Shown piece by piece: positions 37,702 to 47,785 of a stretch of 64,000 nucleotides of DNA. The translations under genes and the position numbers were made by a program. This DNA comes from Spirochaetia bacterium (GTDB lineage Bacteria; Spirochaetota; Spirochaetia; SZUA-6; Bin103), in assembly GCA_965199955.1 (NCBI GenBank), contig CBDATQ010000001.1:704001-768000 (forward strand), written 5' to 3'. Below the pieces are notes generated by a model. That model did not search any database. It was not told the origin of the DNA and saw only the letters and a program-made list of their open reading frames with translations. The stretch's first letter is position 1, and every line of letters begins with the position of its first letter.

Positions 37702-40002
37702 GTGACTCGCTTTTCCGTGTTACCCGGCGGCGATGCCCCGGACCGGTTCGAGACCGTTCAGCAGGCCCTGCAGGCCGTCCGCGAGCTGCCGCGGCCGTGG
37801 ACCGGCGACGTGGTGGTCGACCTGGAGCCGGCCGTGTACCGCCTGACGGAGCCGATCGAGATCGGCCCGGACGACGGCGGGCGCGACGGCCATGCCCTCA
37901 CCATCCGCACACGGCCGGGAGGCGGGCGGGCGGTGCTGGACGGCACCCACCTCATCGATGGCTGGCAGCCGTCCGGGCCCGGACGCTGGCGTGCGTCGGC
38001 TGCGGAGCGGCGTTTCGGCTCCCTGTTCATCGACGGTGCGCGCTGCGCGCAGGCGCGGTGGCCGGCCGACGGCTACGCCCGCGGGCTGGGATACGATCCG
38101 GACGCCTCGCGCCGTCGCATGCGCATCCCGACTGCCGACCTGCCCCCGATCGCCGATCCCAGCGCGTTGCAGGTCTTCGTGTGGCCGGGCGGCGACGGCG
38201 GAGAGTGGAACTGGTTCTCCGAGGTGGCGGCGGTCGAGGACCTGGACCGCGCGGGCGGCATGCTGACGCTTGCCGGCAACGGCCGCTACCCGCTGGGACC
38301 GGGTACGCGGTTCTTCCTGATGGGGGCCGTGGAGTTCCTGGAGCTGCCGGCCACGGGGCCGCGCTACGTCTTGGACCGCGGGACGGGTGAGGTGCTGCTG
38401 CACCTGGGCGGCGACATCGCGGACCGGGAGGTCAGCGCCGCGGCCGTGTCGGGCCTGGTGGTCGTGCGCGGCCTTGAGGACGGGCCTGCGGTCACTGACG
38501 TGCGCCTGGAGAATCTGGTGCTGCGCGGCTGCGATCGCCCGCCCGAAGGGCTGACCTCTCCGTCAGCGGCCGCGCGCGCCACGGGCGCCGTGCACATCGC
38601 GGACGCCGAGCGGGTCGCCATAGTCGGCTGCGAGATCACGGCCACCGGACTGCACGGCGTCCACATCGACGGCGCCAACCGCGACGTGACGGTGGCCGAC
38701 TGCTGGCTGCACGACATCGGCCATACCGGCGTCCAGGCCGACGCGCCCCCACTGACCCGGCGGTTCGCCAGCCGCGGCCACCGCATCGTCAACAACCTCA
38801 TCCATCACACCGGGCGGTGCGTCGGCCACGGCGCCGGCATTCAGCTCTTCTCCGCCGGGGAGTGCACGCTGGCCCACAACTGCGTCCACCACACGCCGCG
38901 CTACGCGGTCAGCATCAAGGGACCGCGGCCGGGCACGATCGTCGGCAGCCGCGTCGACGGCGTGACGGTTACCCGCGAGAACGCCCACGAGTTCATCCAC
39001 TCGCGCGCCAACGTGGTCGAGTACAACGACCTGTCGCACGCCAACACCGACTCGCAGGACACCGGCGTGTTCGAGTCGTGGGGGCCGGGGCTGGACAACG
39101 TGGTGCGCAACAACCGCGTGCGCGACAGCGAGATCCGCTTCTCCTTCGGCTTCGGGATCTACCTGGACGACGCCAGCAACCGCATGACGGTCGAGCGCAA
39201 CCTCGTGCACGGCCTGCAGCGCAGCCGCGCTGCGGCGCGCGGCGAGCTCGGCTTGCTGCGCCACCCCATCTACTCCAAGGGGATCGGCAACGTCTTCCGC
39301 GACAACGTCGTGGCCGATAACGGCGCCGCCGCCTGCTTCGGCAGCTTCGAGATGGCCGGCGAGCCCTGCCGTGACCTGACACTGGAGCGCAACGTCTTCG
39401 CCGACTGCGGACCGGCGGTCTACAGCTTCCAGAACTGGTCTGACGACCGCTTCGCCGCCGTGGACCGCAACCTGTTCTACGCCCCTGACGGCTCCTATCT
39501 CGTGGACGGCGTTCCGGGCGTCACCGACCTGGACGGATGGCGCTCGCACCCGGCCGGACACGACCGGGCGTCGCTGACAGCCGATCCGCGCTTCATGGAT
39601 GCCCGGCACGGCGACTTCCGGCTCAGGCACGACTCGCCGGCGTGGGCGCTGGGCATCGAGCCGCTCGACCTGGCGGCCATCGGCCTCCAGGCCGGGCACC
39701 CGTTCGCCGACCCGGACGATCCGGTCGCGGCGGTGATCGTGGCGGCCGAAGACGGCCGGCCATTCGCAAGGCTCTCCGTCGGCGAAACCGTGCGGTTCCA
39801 TCTGACCGTCCGCAGCGAACGCGGCTTCGTCCTCGATCCCGCGTCTCTGGACGTGTTCTGGAGCAGCCGCACGCCGCGCGTGGCGGCAGTGGACGTCGGC
39901 GGCGAGGTCACGGCCAACGCACCCGGCGTGTCGCGGATCATCGCGGCGGCCTGCCGCGGCGGCCGGATACTCTCGGGCGGCGTGGACGTCGTGGTGTCCT
40001 GA
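37702..40002 (+). CDS. Right-handed parallel beta-helix protein with a C-terminal Ig-like (Big_2) domain
   Basis: ARWP, repeated N-x-I/V-H turns, GIYLDD; C-terminal WSS.TPRVAAVDVGGEVTA. Confidence 0.85.
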   Translation: MTRFSVLPGGDAPDRFETVQQALQAVRELPRPWTGDVVVDLEPAVYRLTEPIEIGPDDGGRDGHALTIRTRPGGGRAVLDGTHLIDGWQPSGPGRWRASAAERRFGSLFIDGARCAQARWPADGYARGLGYDPDASRRRMRIPTADLPPIADPSALQVFVWPGGDGGEWNWFSEVAAVEDLDRAGGMLTLAGNGRYPLGPGTRFFLMGAVEFLELPATGPRYVLDRGTGEVLLHLGGDIADREVSAAAVSGLVVVRGLEDGPAVTDVRLENLVLRGCDRPPEGLTSPSAAARATGAVHIADAERVAIVGCEITATGLHGVHIDGANRDVTVADCWLHDIGHTGVQADAPPLTRRFASRGHRIVNNLIHHTGRCVGHGAGIQLFSAGECTLAHNCVHHTPRYAVSIKGPRPGTIVGSRVDGVTVTRENAHEFIHSRANVVEYNDLSHANTDSQDTGVFESWGPGLDNVVRNNRVRDSEIRFSFGFGIYLDDASNRMTVERNLVHGLQRSRAAARGELGLLRHPIYSKGIGNVFRDNVVADNGAAACFGSFEMAGEPCRDLTLERNVFADCGPAVYSFQNWSDDRFAAVDRNLFYAPDGSYLVDGVPGVTDLDGWRSHPAGHDRASLTADPRFMDARHGDFRLRHDSPAWALGIEPLDLAAIGLQAGHPFADPDDPVAAVIVAAEDGRPFARLSVGETVRFHLTVRSERGFVLDPASLDVFWSSRTPRVAAVDVGGEVTANAPGVSRIIAAACRGGRILSGGVDVVVS

Positions 40003-40019
40003 TCCCCGGCACTGCTACG

Positions 40020-41177
40020 TCATGAGGTCGAGCGGTACCTCTCCAGCACGCGCCGCTCGGGCTCGAAGCCGATGCCCGGGGCCGTGGGGATGGTGAATGT
40101 CATGCCGGGGCCGACGGCCGGCGGAGTCAGGTTGAGCTCCTCGCGCAGCGGGTTCCAGGTGCGGTCCAGCTCCAGCAACGGCTCGCGCGGCAGGAGCGCC
40201 GGCGGGCAGGGGGCGATCATGGCCAGCACCTGCAGGGAGGCGGCGACGGCGATCCCCGTGCCCCAGACGTGGAGGATGCAGCGCACGTGAGCGGCGTCGG
40301 CCAGGTCGGCGATCTTCAGCGTCTCGGTGATGCCGCCGGCCGCGCAGCAGTCGGGCTGCACGATGTCGGCGGCTTCGTGGCGCAGCAGATCTGCGAAGCC
40401 CCAGCGCCCGAACTCCGCCTCACCGGTGGATATGGGAATCGGTGACTCGCGCCGGAAGCGGCCCAGGCCGCGCAGGTCTTCGGGGATCAGCGGCTCCTCG
40501 AACCAGTCGATGCCCGCCGGATGGATGCGGCGCGCCACCTCCAGAGCCGCCGCCCGGTCGTACGCGTGGTTGGCGTCCACCATGATCCGCACGTCCGGAC
40601 CCACGGCGTCGCGCACGGCGTTCACGACCGTGACGTCGTCGTCCATGCCGAAGCCGATCTTGAGCTTCAGGGCGGTGAAGCCCGCTTCCACGTAGCGCAG
40701 CGCTTCCTCCACCATCAAGGGTGCCTGGCCGGTGAGGCTGCCGGCGGCGCGCTTACGGTAGAAGCCGGTGGCGTAGGCGGCGACTTGGCGGCGGTAGGTG
40801 CGCCCCGCCAGCCGGTGGCACGGCACCCCGAAGTGCTTCCCGGCCAGGTCCCACAGTGCGATGTCCACGGCGCTGAGCGCCTCCAGCGCCGTCCCCTTGC
40901 GGCCGTGGTCGCGCATCGCGGTGTACAGCTCCAGCCACCGCGTCTCGCGGTCGAGGGCGTCGCGCCCCAGCAGCAGCGGGGCGTACACCTCGTCGATCAG
41001 CGCCGCGTTGGTGGCCGGGGGACCGAACGCCTCCCCGTAGCCGACGGTGCCGTCGGCGGTCTCGATCTCCACCACCAGGGCGCGGCGGCGCAGGAACCAG
41101 GCCTGCGAGTAGGCGAACACCTCGCCGTCCGGCAGGTCGATGCTCAGGATGGTCGGGCGCACGTGGGCGATCTTCAT
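40020..41177 (-). CDS. Mandelate racemase / muconate lactonizing enzyme family
   Basis: SAVDIALWDL, KLKIG, MVDAN, WFEEP, GE, QPD. Confidence 0.92.
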   Translation of the reverse strand: MKIAHVRPTILSIDLPDGEVFAYSQAWFLRRRALVVEIETADGTVGYGEAFGPPATNAALIDEVYAPLLLGRDALDRETRWLELYTAMRDHGRKGTALEALSAVDIALWDLAGKHFGVPCHRLAGRTYRRQVAAYATGFYRKRAAGSLTGQAPLMVEEALRYVEAGFTALKLKIGFGMDDDVTVVNAVRDAVGPDVRIMVDANHAYDRAAALEVARRIHPAGIDWFEEPLIPEDLRGLGRFRRESPIPISTGEAEFGRWGFADLLRHEAADIVQPDCCAAGGITETLKIADLADAAHVRCILHVWGTGIAVAASLQVLAMIAPCPPALLPREPLLELDRTWNPLREELNLTPPAVGPGMTFTIPTAPGIGFEPERRVLERYRSTS

Positions 41178-41200
41178 GCCCGGAGCATATAGTTAATGGC

Positions 41201-42379
41201 ATGGCCAAGATCGTGATCATCGGCGCCGGCAGCCGGCTGTCCAATCGACATCCTGGCGCGCGAGAGCCTCGCCGGCTCCACCATCGCGCTGTGCGACATC
41301 CACGCGGGACGGCTCGCTCAGGTGCGCGATTACGTGCAGCGTGCGATCGAAACCTACGGACTGCCCGGCACCGTTGTGGCAAGTCCCGACCGCGAGGAGC
41401 TGCTGCCGGACGCCGACTGCGTGGTGACGGCGGTCTCCATCGGCGGCGCGGCGTACTGGGGCGAGCCGTACCGGTCGGAGATGGAGATCCCGCTCTCCTA
41501 CGGGGTCGTGCAGACGGTGGCCGACACGGTCGGCGTGGGCGAGGTGTTCCGCTTCCTGCGCACGGCGCCCGAGCACCTGCAGTTCGCGCGCGACATGGAG
41601 CGCCTCTGTCCCGACGCGCTCATGCTCAACTACACCAACCCCATGTGCATGCTCACTTGGCTGCACTCGGTCGGCTCCTCGATCCGGAACGTGGGTCTGT
41701 GCCACAGCTTGCAGGGCACCACCAGGAAGCTGGCTGCGCGCCGTGCTCGACACGCACGAGGCCTTCTCCGACGACCGGGTGCGCGCCGAGATGATGCGCC
41801 AGTTCGGCTACTTCGTGACCGAGAGCACGCCGCACAACTCGGAATACCTGCCCTACTTCAACCGCACCAAGGAGTTACTCGACCACTACGGCGTCGGCAG
41901 CCGCGCCCCCATCCCGATGGAGAACACGCGGGTGCGCGACTGGATGAAGGACTCAGGTGGGCGGCAGGACGGTGACGGCGACGTGCCGCCGCTGGCCGCC
42001 TCGCACGAGTACGCCTCGATGATCATCGAAGCGCGCCTCACGGGGAGGCCGTTCGCCTTCAACGGTAACGTCATGAACCACGGCTCGATCACCAACCTCC
42101 GGAGCGATGCTACGTCGAGGTGCCGTGCCTGGTCGACGGCGAGGGGGTTCATCCCACCTTCGTGGGATCGCTGCCGGCGCAGTGCGCGGCCCTGAACATG
42201 AGCAACATCGCCGTGCAGGAGCTGGCCGTGCAGGCGGTGCTGGAGCGCGACCGCGAGGCCGCCTTCCACGCCTGCGTCGTCGACCGCTGACCGCCGCCGT
42301 TGTCCCGCTGCCGAAGATCAGGCAGATGTTCGACGAGCTGCGGGCGGCCGAGCGTGACCGCCCGGCCTACTACGAGTAG
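41201..42379 (+). pseudogene. Glycoside hydrolase family 4 (alpha-galactosidase/glucosidase) pseudogene
   Basis: KIVIIGAGS, NYTNP, GLCHS, FGYFVTES..HNSEY and VEVPCLVD are spread over several frames. Frameshifts near 41243, 42105 and 42285; deletion near 41740 (GINH region absent). Confidence 0.88.
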
Positions 42380-42699
42380 CGACGCGAAGTGGCACGCTGG
42401 CGCGCCGAGCTGACCACCGGCGTCATTGACGCGAGGTTCAGGGCTACCGGCATAGTGGTCATCCGTAGCCGGTTGCCCGCGGTCAGCGACGTGCTCCTGG
42501 AGAACCCGGCGCTGCTCGACGGTGATCGCTGGCGCCGTTGCCGCCCTACATCGACGTGTCATCCGAAGGACGGTCAGGGGGAGTCACGATCAGCAGCCGA
42601 GGGCATAAACGCTGGCGACCGACGGGCGCACCGAGTGGGCTGTCACCCCGACACCTACTTGACGACCGCTGGTCGTAGGCTACTATGAATTTCATACCC

Positions 42700-43000
42700 G
42701 TGACGGAGAAAAGCCTAGGTGGTGGTCGTGATAGCTCGCGGGACGACCGGGAACCCCAGGATGCCGAGCAGAGAACGCAGGAGGCGGGCAGGAAGACCCT
42801 GCGAAACGTCCCGCGTTAATTGTCCAAAGAAGAGCTTACAGATCCGGGTTCTTTGAGGATGTTGCTCGGTCAAATTGATCGGTTGAAGGAGGAGAATGCC
42901 CGACTTAGAAGCATAACGGAACGCTTCCATGAATCCGACAAAGCTGCCGCGGTCCTGCGTGAACAACTCAAGAAGTCAAACGCACAAGATATTCTCCCCG
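42700..43000 (+). pseudogene. Lower-GC hypothetical gene remnant (coiled coil)
   Basis: GTG 42700 frame has an in-frame TAA at 42817-42819, then continues LSKEELTDPGSLRMLLGQIDRLKEEN. Upstream TTGACG...TACTAT surrounds the palindrome ACGACC-GCT-GGTCGT. Confidence 0.5.
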
Positions 43001-43011
43001 GCTCGGCGCTA

Positions 43012-44106
43012 GTGGACCGTAACGAGCATTCATGCACCGATGTGGCGTGACGGATCAACATAATGCCACTTCACGACCCGCGGATTCTTGTTGTATTCGC
43101 GGATGTATCGCATCAGCTTGCTCTTCAGATCCGCCACCGAACTGAACACTCCGCGGGTGATCACGTCGCGCGAGATCTTCGCAAACCACAGCTCCACCTG
43201 GTTCAGCCACGATGAGTAGGTCGGCGTGAAATGCAGCCGCACCATCGGATGGTCGCTGAGAAACTCCTGCACTCGCTTCGTCTTGTGCGCCGACAGGTTG
43301 TCAGCGATCACGTGAATCTCCTGACCGGCCGGCTGATGCGCCACGATCTCGCGCAGAAACGCCACGAACTGCTCCGAGGTGTGCCGCGTGGCGGTCTTGC
43401 CGAGCACCTGGCCGGTCTTCGTATTGAACGCCGCGTACAGCGCCAGCGTGCCGTGCCGGTAGTACTCGAACCCGTGCCGTTCGTCCCGACCCGGCGACAG
43501 CGGCAGCACCGGGACGTTGCGGTCGAGCGCTTGAATCGCCGTCTTCTCGTCCACGCAGAACACCGCCGCGTGCGCCGGCGGGTTCAGGTACAGCCCGATG
43601 ATGTCGGCCGCCTTCTGCTCGAAGTCCGGATCGTTGGAGCTCATGTAGCGCTCCAACCGGTGCGGCTGCAGCCGGTGCTTGCTCCATACCCGCGCCACCA
43701 TCATGTGCGACACGCCCAGCTTGGCTGCCAGGCGGCGCGTGCTCCAGTGCGTGGCGCCATCGGTCGGCGCCTTGCGCGTGGCGTTGAGGATCCTGGCCTC
43801 CACGCTCGGGGTGCAGCGAAACGGCTTCTGACCGCGGTGCCGGCTGTACAGTCCTGCCAATCGCTCGGCCCGAAAGCGGCCAGCCCACATCGCCACGAAG
43901 CCGCGGCTGCACTCGGCTCGTTCGCACACTACGTCCCACGTGAGTCGCTCAGCGAGCAGCAGAATGACGCGCGCACGGCGCGCATCCTCGGCTCGACCAG
44001 TGCGACTCCTGGCCCGCTTGGTGAGTTCGCGATGCTCGGCTTCGGTCAATACGATTCCCTCTCTCATGCCTCCAATTATAGTACGAAAGCAGATGGTACG
44101 GTCCAC
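43012..44106 (-). mobile_element. IS630-family insertion sequence, intact (1095 bp)
   Basis: Terminal inverted repeats GTGGACCGTA at both ends; TA duplication at 43010-43011 and 44107-44108, each in a CTAG context. Confidence 0.93.
43030..44067 (-). CDS. IS630 transposase (345 aa)
   Basis: THWSTRRLA HTH, VDEKT, YYRHGT, DNLSAHK, HFTPTYSSWLNQVE (DDE). Confidence 0.95.
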   Translation of the reverse strand: MREGIVLTEAEHRELTKRARSRTGRAEDARRARVILLLAERLTWDVVCERAECSRGFVAMWAGRFRAERLAGLYSRHRGQKPFRCTPSVEARILNATRKAPTDGATHWSTRRLAAKLGVSHMMVARVWSKHRLQPHRLERYMSSNDPDFEQKAADIIGLYLNPPAHAAVFCVDEKTAIQALDRNVPVLPLSPGRDERHGFEYYRHGTLALYAAFNTKTGQVLGKTATRHTSEQFVAFLREIVAHQPAGQEIHVIADNLSAHKTKRVQEFLSDHPMVRLHFTPTYSSWLNQVELWFAKISRDVITRGVFSSVADLKSKLMRYIREYNKNPRVVKWHYVDPSRHIGA

Positions 44107-44161
44107 TAGGCGGCCGCATGCCGAGGCAGGCGGCGCGTCTGCCAGAGACGCGGGTAACGGG

Positions 44162-44431
44162 GTGAAGCCAGAGTCACAGCCAGAGTCACTGGAGGCGAAA
44201 CTGCTCGCGCTGCTGGCCGGCGGCTCGATGGCAAAGGCTGAGCTGTCGAAGAACCTGGGACAGAAGGGGGTTTCCGGCCAGCTCGACAAGGTAGTGCGGC
44301 GACTCCTGGCGAACCGGATGATCGAGTACACTCTGCCGGACAAGCCGCGCAGCCGTTTGCAGCAGTACCGGCTGACGGACCGGGGGCGAGCTGTGGCGGC
44401 AACTCTGGCGCGGGCGAACGCAGAGCCGTGA
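44162..44431 (+). pseudogene. Orphan C-terminal winged-helix (Fic-like/AlbA-HATPase type) fragment
   Basis: IEYTLPDKPRSRLQQYRLTDRG is preceded by a PES(Q) linker from a 12-bp tandem repeat; N-terminal domains are absent. Confidence 0.65.
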
Positions 44432-44525
44432 ACACGGTCGGCGAACGGGCGATCGCGACATGCGCGCCGGCTGTCTGAAGCGACGGAGACACAACGACTG
44501 AACCCAAGCGGCGAGGAGCGTGTGC

Positions 44526-46595
44526 ATGCCTGAGACCCTTGACCTGTACGTATCGCCCGCGGGTGACGACGCCTGGAGCGGCTGTCATCCCGATCCGACC
44601 GGGGACGGCAGCGACGGGCCGTTCGCGACCCTGGAGGCGGCCCGCGATGCGCTGCGCGAGCGGCGTCGTTCCGGGGCGGCCGGTGGCGCGACGGTGTGGC
44701 TGCGCGGCTGGAGCTACCAGCGGGAGGCCTCCTTCGAGCTCGGCCCCTCCGACGGCGGCAGCGAGGACGCGCCGGTCGTCTACCGCGCCTTCCCGGGCGA
44801 GGAGGTGCGGCTGATCGGCGGGCGCACGGTGTCGGGGTTCCGTCCGATCGCCGGATCCGGCGCAACCGCGGAGGCGTGGCAGCGCCTGTCGACGGCCGCC
44901 CGAAGCCACGTGCTGGTGGCGGACCTCCGTGCGCAGGGCATCAGCGATTACGGCACCCTCGAGCCGGCGGGCTTCGGCCGCGGACGGCGGCCGACCGCCC
45001 TGGAGGTGTTCCACCGGGACCGGCGCATGACCCTGGCACGCTGGCCCGACCACTCGTTCGTGAACGTCGCCCGCGTCGACGTGCCGGGGCGTAGCGGCAC
45101 CGACGACGTGCCCTGGGACGCCAGCAGCGACGAGCCCAACCGCAGCTTCGAGTACTTCGGCGACCGGCCGCGCGACTGGCGCGAGCCGGCCGAGGCGCTG
45201 GTGCACGGCTACTGGACCTACGACTGGGCCGACTCCTACCAGCGCATCGAGTCCATCGACCTCGATGCCCGGCTCATCACCACCGACCAGCCCGGCGCCT
45301 ACGGCTACACCACCGGGCAGCGCTACTACTACCTGAACGTGCTGGAGGAGCTGGACTCGCCGGGCGAGTGGTACCTGGACCGGCAGGCCGGCCTCCTGTA
45401 CTTCTGGCCGCCGGGCGATCCGTCACCGCCGGAGGTGGCGGTCACGGTGTCGATCCTCACGGAGCCGGTGGTCGCCATCCGCGGCGCCTCGCACGTGCGG
45501 GTCCGCGGTATCACCGTCGAGTGCTGCCGGGGCGACGGCATCGCCATCAGCGGCGGCCGGGACGCCACGGTCTGCTGCTGCGAGGTCCGCAATACCGGCG
45601 AGTACGGCATCAGGGTGGAAGGGGGCTCCGGCCACCGCATCGAACGGTGCGGGATCCATCACACCGGCGCCGGCGGCGTGTCGCTCGCCGGCGGCGACCG
45701 CCGCACGCTGACCCCCGGCGGCCACGTGGTCGAGAACTGCGACATCCACCACTTCAGCCGGCTGCAGCTCACCTACACGCCCGCCGTCGACCTGCACGGC
45801 GTCGGCCACCGGGTCGCCCACTGCCACCTGCACGACGCGCCGCACACCGCGGTGCTGCTGACCGGCAACGACCACGTCGTGGAGCTCAACGAGATCGACC
45901 GCGTCTGCACCCAGACCGGCGACGCCGGCGCCTTCTACATGGGGCGCGACTGGACCGAGCGCGGCAACGTGGTCAGGCACAATTTCTTCCACGACCTTGG
46001 CATCTTCGGCTACGGCCGGCACGGGGTGCGCGCGGTCTACCTGGACGACTGCGCCAGCGGCACCACGATCTACGGCAACGTGTTCCTGCGCTGCACCCGC
46101 GCCGTGCTGATCGGCGGGGGCCGCGACAACCGCGTGCAGAACAACCTGTTCGTGCACTGCGAGCCGGCCGTCCAGCTCGACGGCCGCGGCCAGTGCCTGA
46201 CCGAGCAGTGGCGGGACATGGTCTACAACACCATGCGTCCCCGCCTCCAGGAGATGAACCACCACGAACCGCCCTACGCCGAGCGGTACCCCCAGCTTGC
46301 CGAGCTGGACGCCGTGTACGAGGCCGGTGACGGCTTCGCGCCCACCGGCAACGTCATCGTCAACAACCTCTGCTACGGCGGCCGATGGCTGCTCACCCTG
46401 CGCGACGTCGAACCCCACCTGCTGCCGGACGACGGAAACCTGATCGGCGTGGACCCCGGCTTCGCCGACGAGCCCAACGACGACCTGCGGCTTGCGACCG
46501 GATCACTCGCCTACGAGGCCGGCATGCAGGCGATCCCGTTCGACCGCATCGGGCTTGCGGCGGCCATCGGCCCGAGCGTGCACAATAGGAGTTGA
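44526..46595 (+). CDS. Right-handed parallel beta-helix protein
   Basis: YVSPAGDDAWSG, GPFATLEAARD, ELDSPGEWYLD, DAGAFY, VYLDD. Confidence 0.88.
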   Translation: MPETLDLYVSPAGDDAWSGCHPDPTGDGSDGPFATLEAARDALRERRRSGAAGGATVWLRGWSYQREASFELGPSDGGSEDAPVVYRAFPGEEVRLIGGRTVSGFRPIAGSGATAEAWQRLSTAARSHVLVADLRAQGISDYGTLEPAGFGRGRRPTALEVFHRDRRMTLARWPDHSFVNVARVDVPGRSGTDDVPWDASSDEPNRSFEYFGDRPRDWREPAEALVHGYWTYDWADSYQRIESIDLDARLITTDQPGAYGYTTGQRYYYLNVLEELDSPGEWYLDRQAGLLYFWPPGDPSPPEVAVTVSILTEPVVAIRGASHVRVRGITVECCRGDGIAISGGRDATVCCCEVRNTGEYGIRVEGGSGHRIERCGIHHTGAGGVSLAGGDRRTLTPGGHVVENCDIHHFSRLQLTYTPAVDLHGVGHRVAHCHLHDAPHTAVLLTGNDHVVELNEIDRVCTQTGDAGAFYMGRDWTERGNVVRHNFFHDLGIFGYGRHGVRAVYLDDCASGTTIYGNVFLRCTRAVLIGGGRDNRVQNNLFVHCEPAVQLDGRGQCLTEQWRDMVYNTMRPRLQEMNHHEPPYAERYPQLAELDAVYEAGDGFAPTGNVIVNNLCYGGRWLLTLRDVEPHLLPDDGNLIGVDPGFADEPNDDLRLATGSLAYEAGMQAIPFDRIGLAAAIGPSVHNRS

Positions 46596-47785
46596 TGGCC
46601 GCCTACACCGACGCTGAACTCGAGGTGCTCACGTCGGACATGGAGTCCGACCTGGTGGAGCGGAAGGAAAGCGCCTCCGACGGCAGAAAGATCCGCCGGA
46701 ACATCTGCGCATTCGCGAATGATCTGCCGAGGAACGGAAAGCCGGGTGTCGTGTTGGTCGGCGTGCGGGATGACGGTTCTTGCGCGTCGCTGTCGATAGA
46801 TGACGAGTTGCTCACACGGTTGGCGAACATCCATGGAGAGGGCGACATTCTGCCCTTGCCGTCGATGACCGTTCAGAAGCGGGTGTTGCGCGGCTGCACC
46901 GTGGCGGCAGTCACTGTCGAGCCCTCTGCGGATACTCCGGTTCGGTTCAGAGGTCGCGTGTGGGTTCGCGTCGGCCCATCCGTGCGCGAAGGGTCCGTGG
47001 AGGACGAGCGTCTGCTTGCCGAGCGTCGTCGCGCGGCGGACCTGCCATTCGACATGAGGCCCGCGAGCGGCGCACGCGTCGACGACCTCGACATGGATTT
47101 CGCGCGTACCCAATATCTGCCGAATGCCATCGCTCCCGAAGTCCTGGAGCGGAATGAGAGATCGCCGGAGCACCAACTGCGTTCGCTACGGCTGGTCCAG
47201 GCGGCCAGCCCCACATGGGGAGCGCTCCTCGCGTTGGGCAAGGATCCCCAGGCGCTCGTTCCCGGAGCATATGTCCAGTTCCTGCGCATTGACGGCACTG
47301 AGATCACGGATCCGATCAGGGACCAGAAGCACCTGACTGGCCGATTGGATGACGTGGTTCGCCGGCTCGATGAGCTCTTCGAACTGAACGTATCGGTTCG
47401 AACCCGGGTCGCCGGGGAGGCGCGCGAGGTGCGCCGGCCTGACTATCCCGTTGATGCACTGCGCCAGTTCGCCCACAACGCGGTCATGCATCGCAGCTAT
47501 GAAGGGACCAATACACCGGTGCGCGTTCACTGGTTCGCCGACCGAGTGGAAGTCGTCAGTCCCGGCGGCCTGCACGGCAGGATCACGCCGGAGAATTTCG
47601 GCACCGGCGACACCGACTATCGCAATCCGTTGTTGGCCGAGGTCATGTGCAATCTCGGGTTTGCTCAGCGGTTCGGACTGGGTGTCCCGCTCGCACGGGA
47701 CGCGCTTGCCGCGAACGGCAACCCCGAGCCGGAATTCCGATTCGAGAATGCGCTGGTTGCCGTCATCGTGAGGGCAGCGCCATGA
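46595..47785 (+). CDS. Schlafen AlbA_2 + HATPase_c_4 domain protein
   Basis: ESDLVERKES, CAFAND, GVRDDG; C-terminal NAVMHRSY, SPGGL, YRNPLLA, FGLG. TTG 46592 is an alternative start. Confidence 0.85.
   Translation: MAAYTDAELEVLTSDMESDLVERKESASDGRKIRRNICAFANDLPRNGKPGVVLVGVRDDGSCASLSIDDELLTRLANIHGEGDILPLPSMTVQKRVLRGCTVAAVTVEPSADTPVRFRGRVWVRVGPSVREGSVEDERLLAERRRAADLPFDMRPASGARVDDLDMDFARTQYLPNAIAPEVLERNERSPEHQLRSLRLVQAASPTWGALLALGKDPQALVPGAYVQFLRIDGTEITDPIRDQKHLTGRLDDVVRRLDELFELNVSVRTRVAGEAREVRRPDYPVDALRQFAHNAVMHRSYEGTNTPVRVHWFADRVEVVSPGGLHGRITPENFGTGDTDYRNPLLAEVMCNLGFAQRFGLGVPLARDALAANGNPEPEFRFENALVAVIVRAAP

Noticed and set aside
41201..42379. Programmed frameshifting in the GH4 gene
   Set aside because: Several independent shifts plus loss of a catalytic segment and no slippery sites; decay or sequencing error is more likely.
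44167..44190. 12-bp tandem repeat GCCAGAGTCAC(A/T)
   Set aside because: Two units encoding a PESQ linker; not a CRISPR or regulatory array.
43030..44865. 611-aa extended transposase ORF
   Set aside because: The extension crosses the IS terminal repeat; the real start is ATG 44067.
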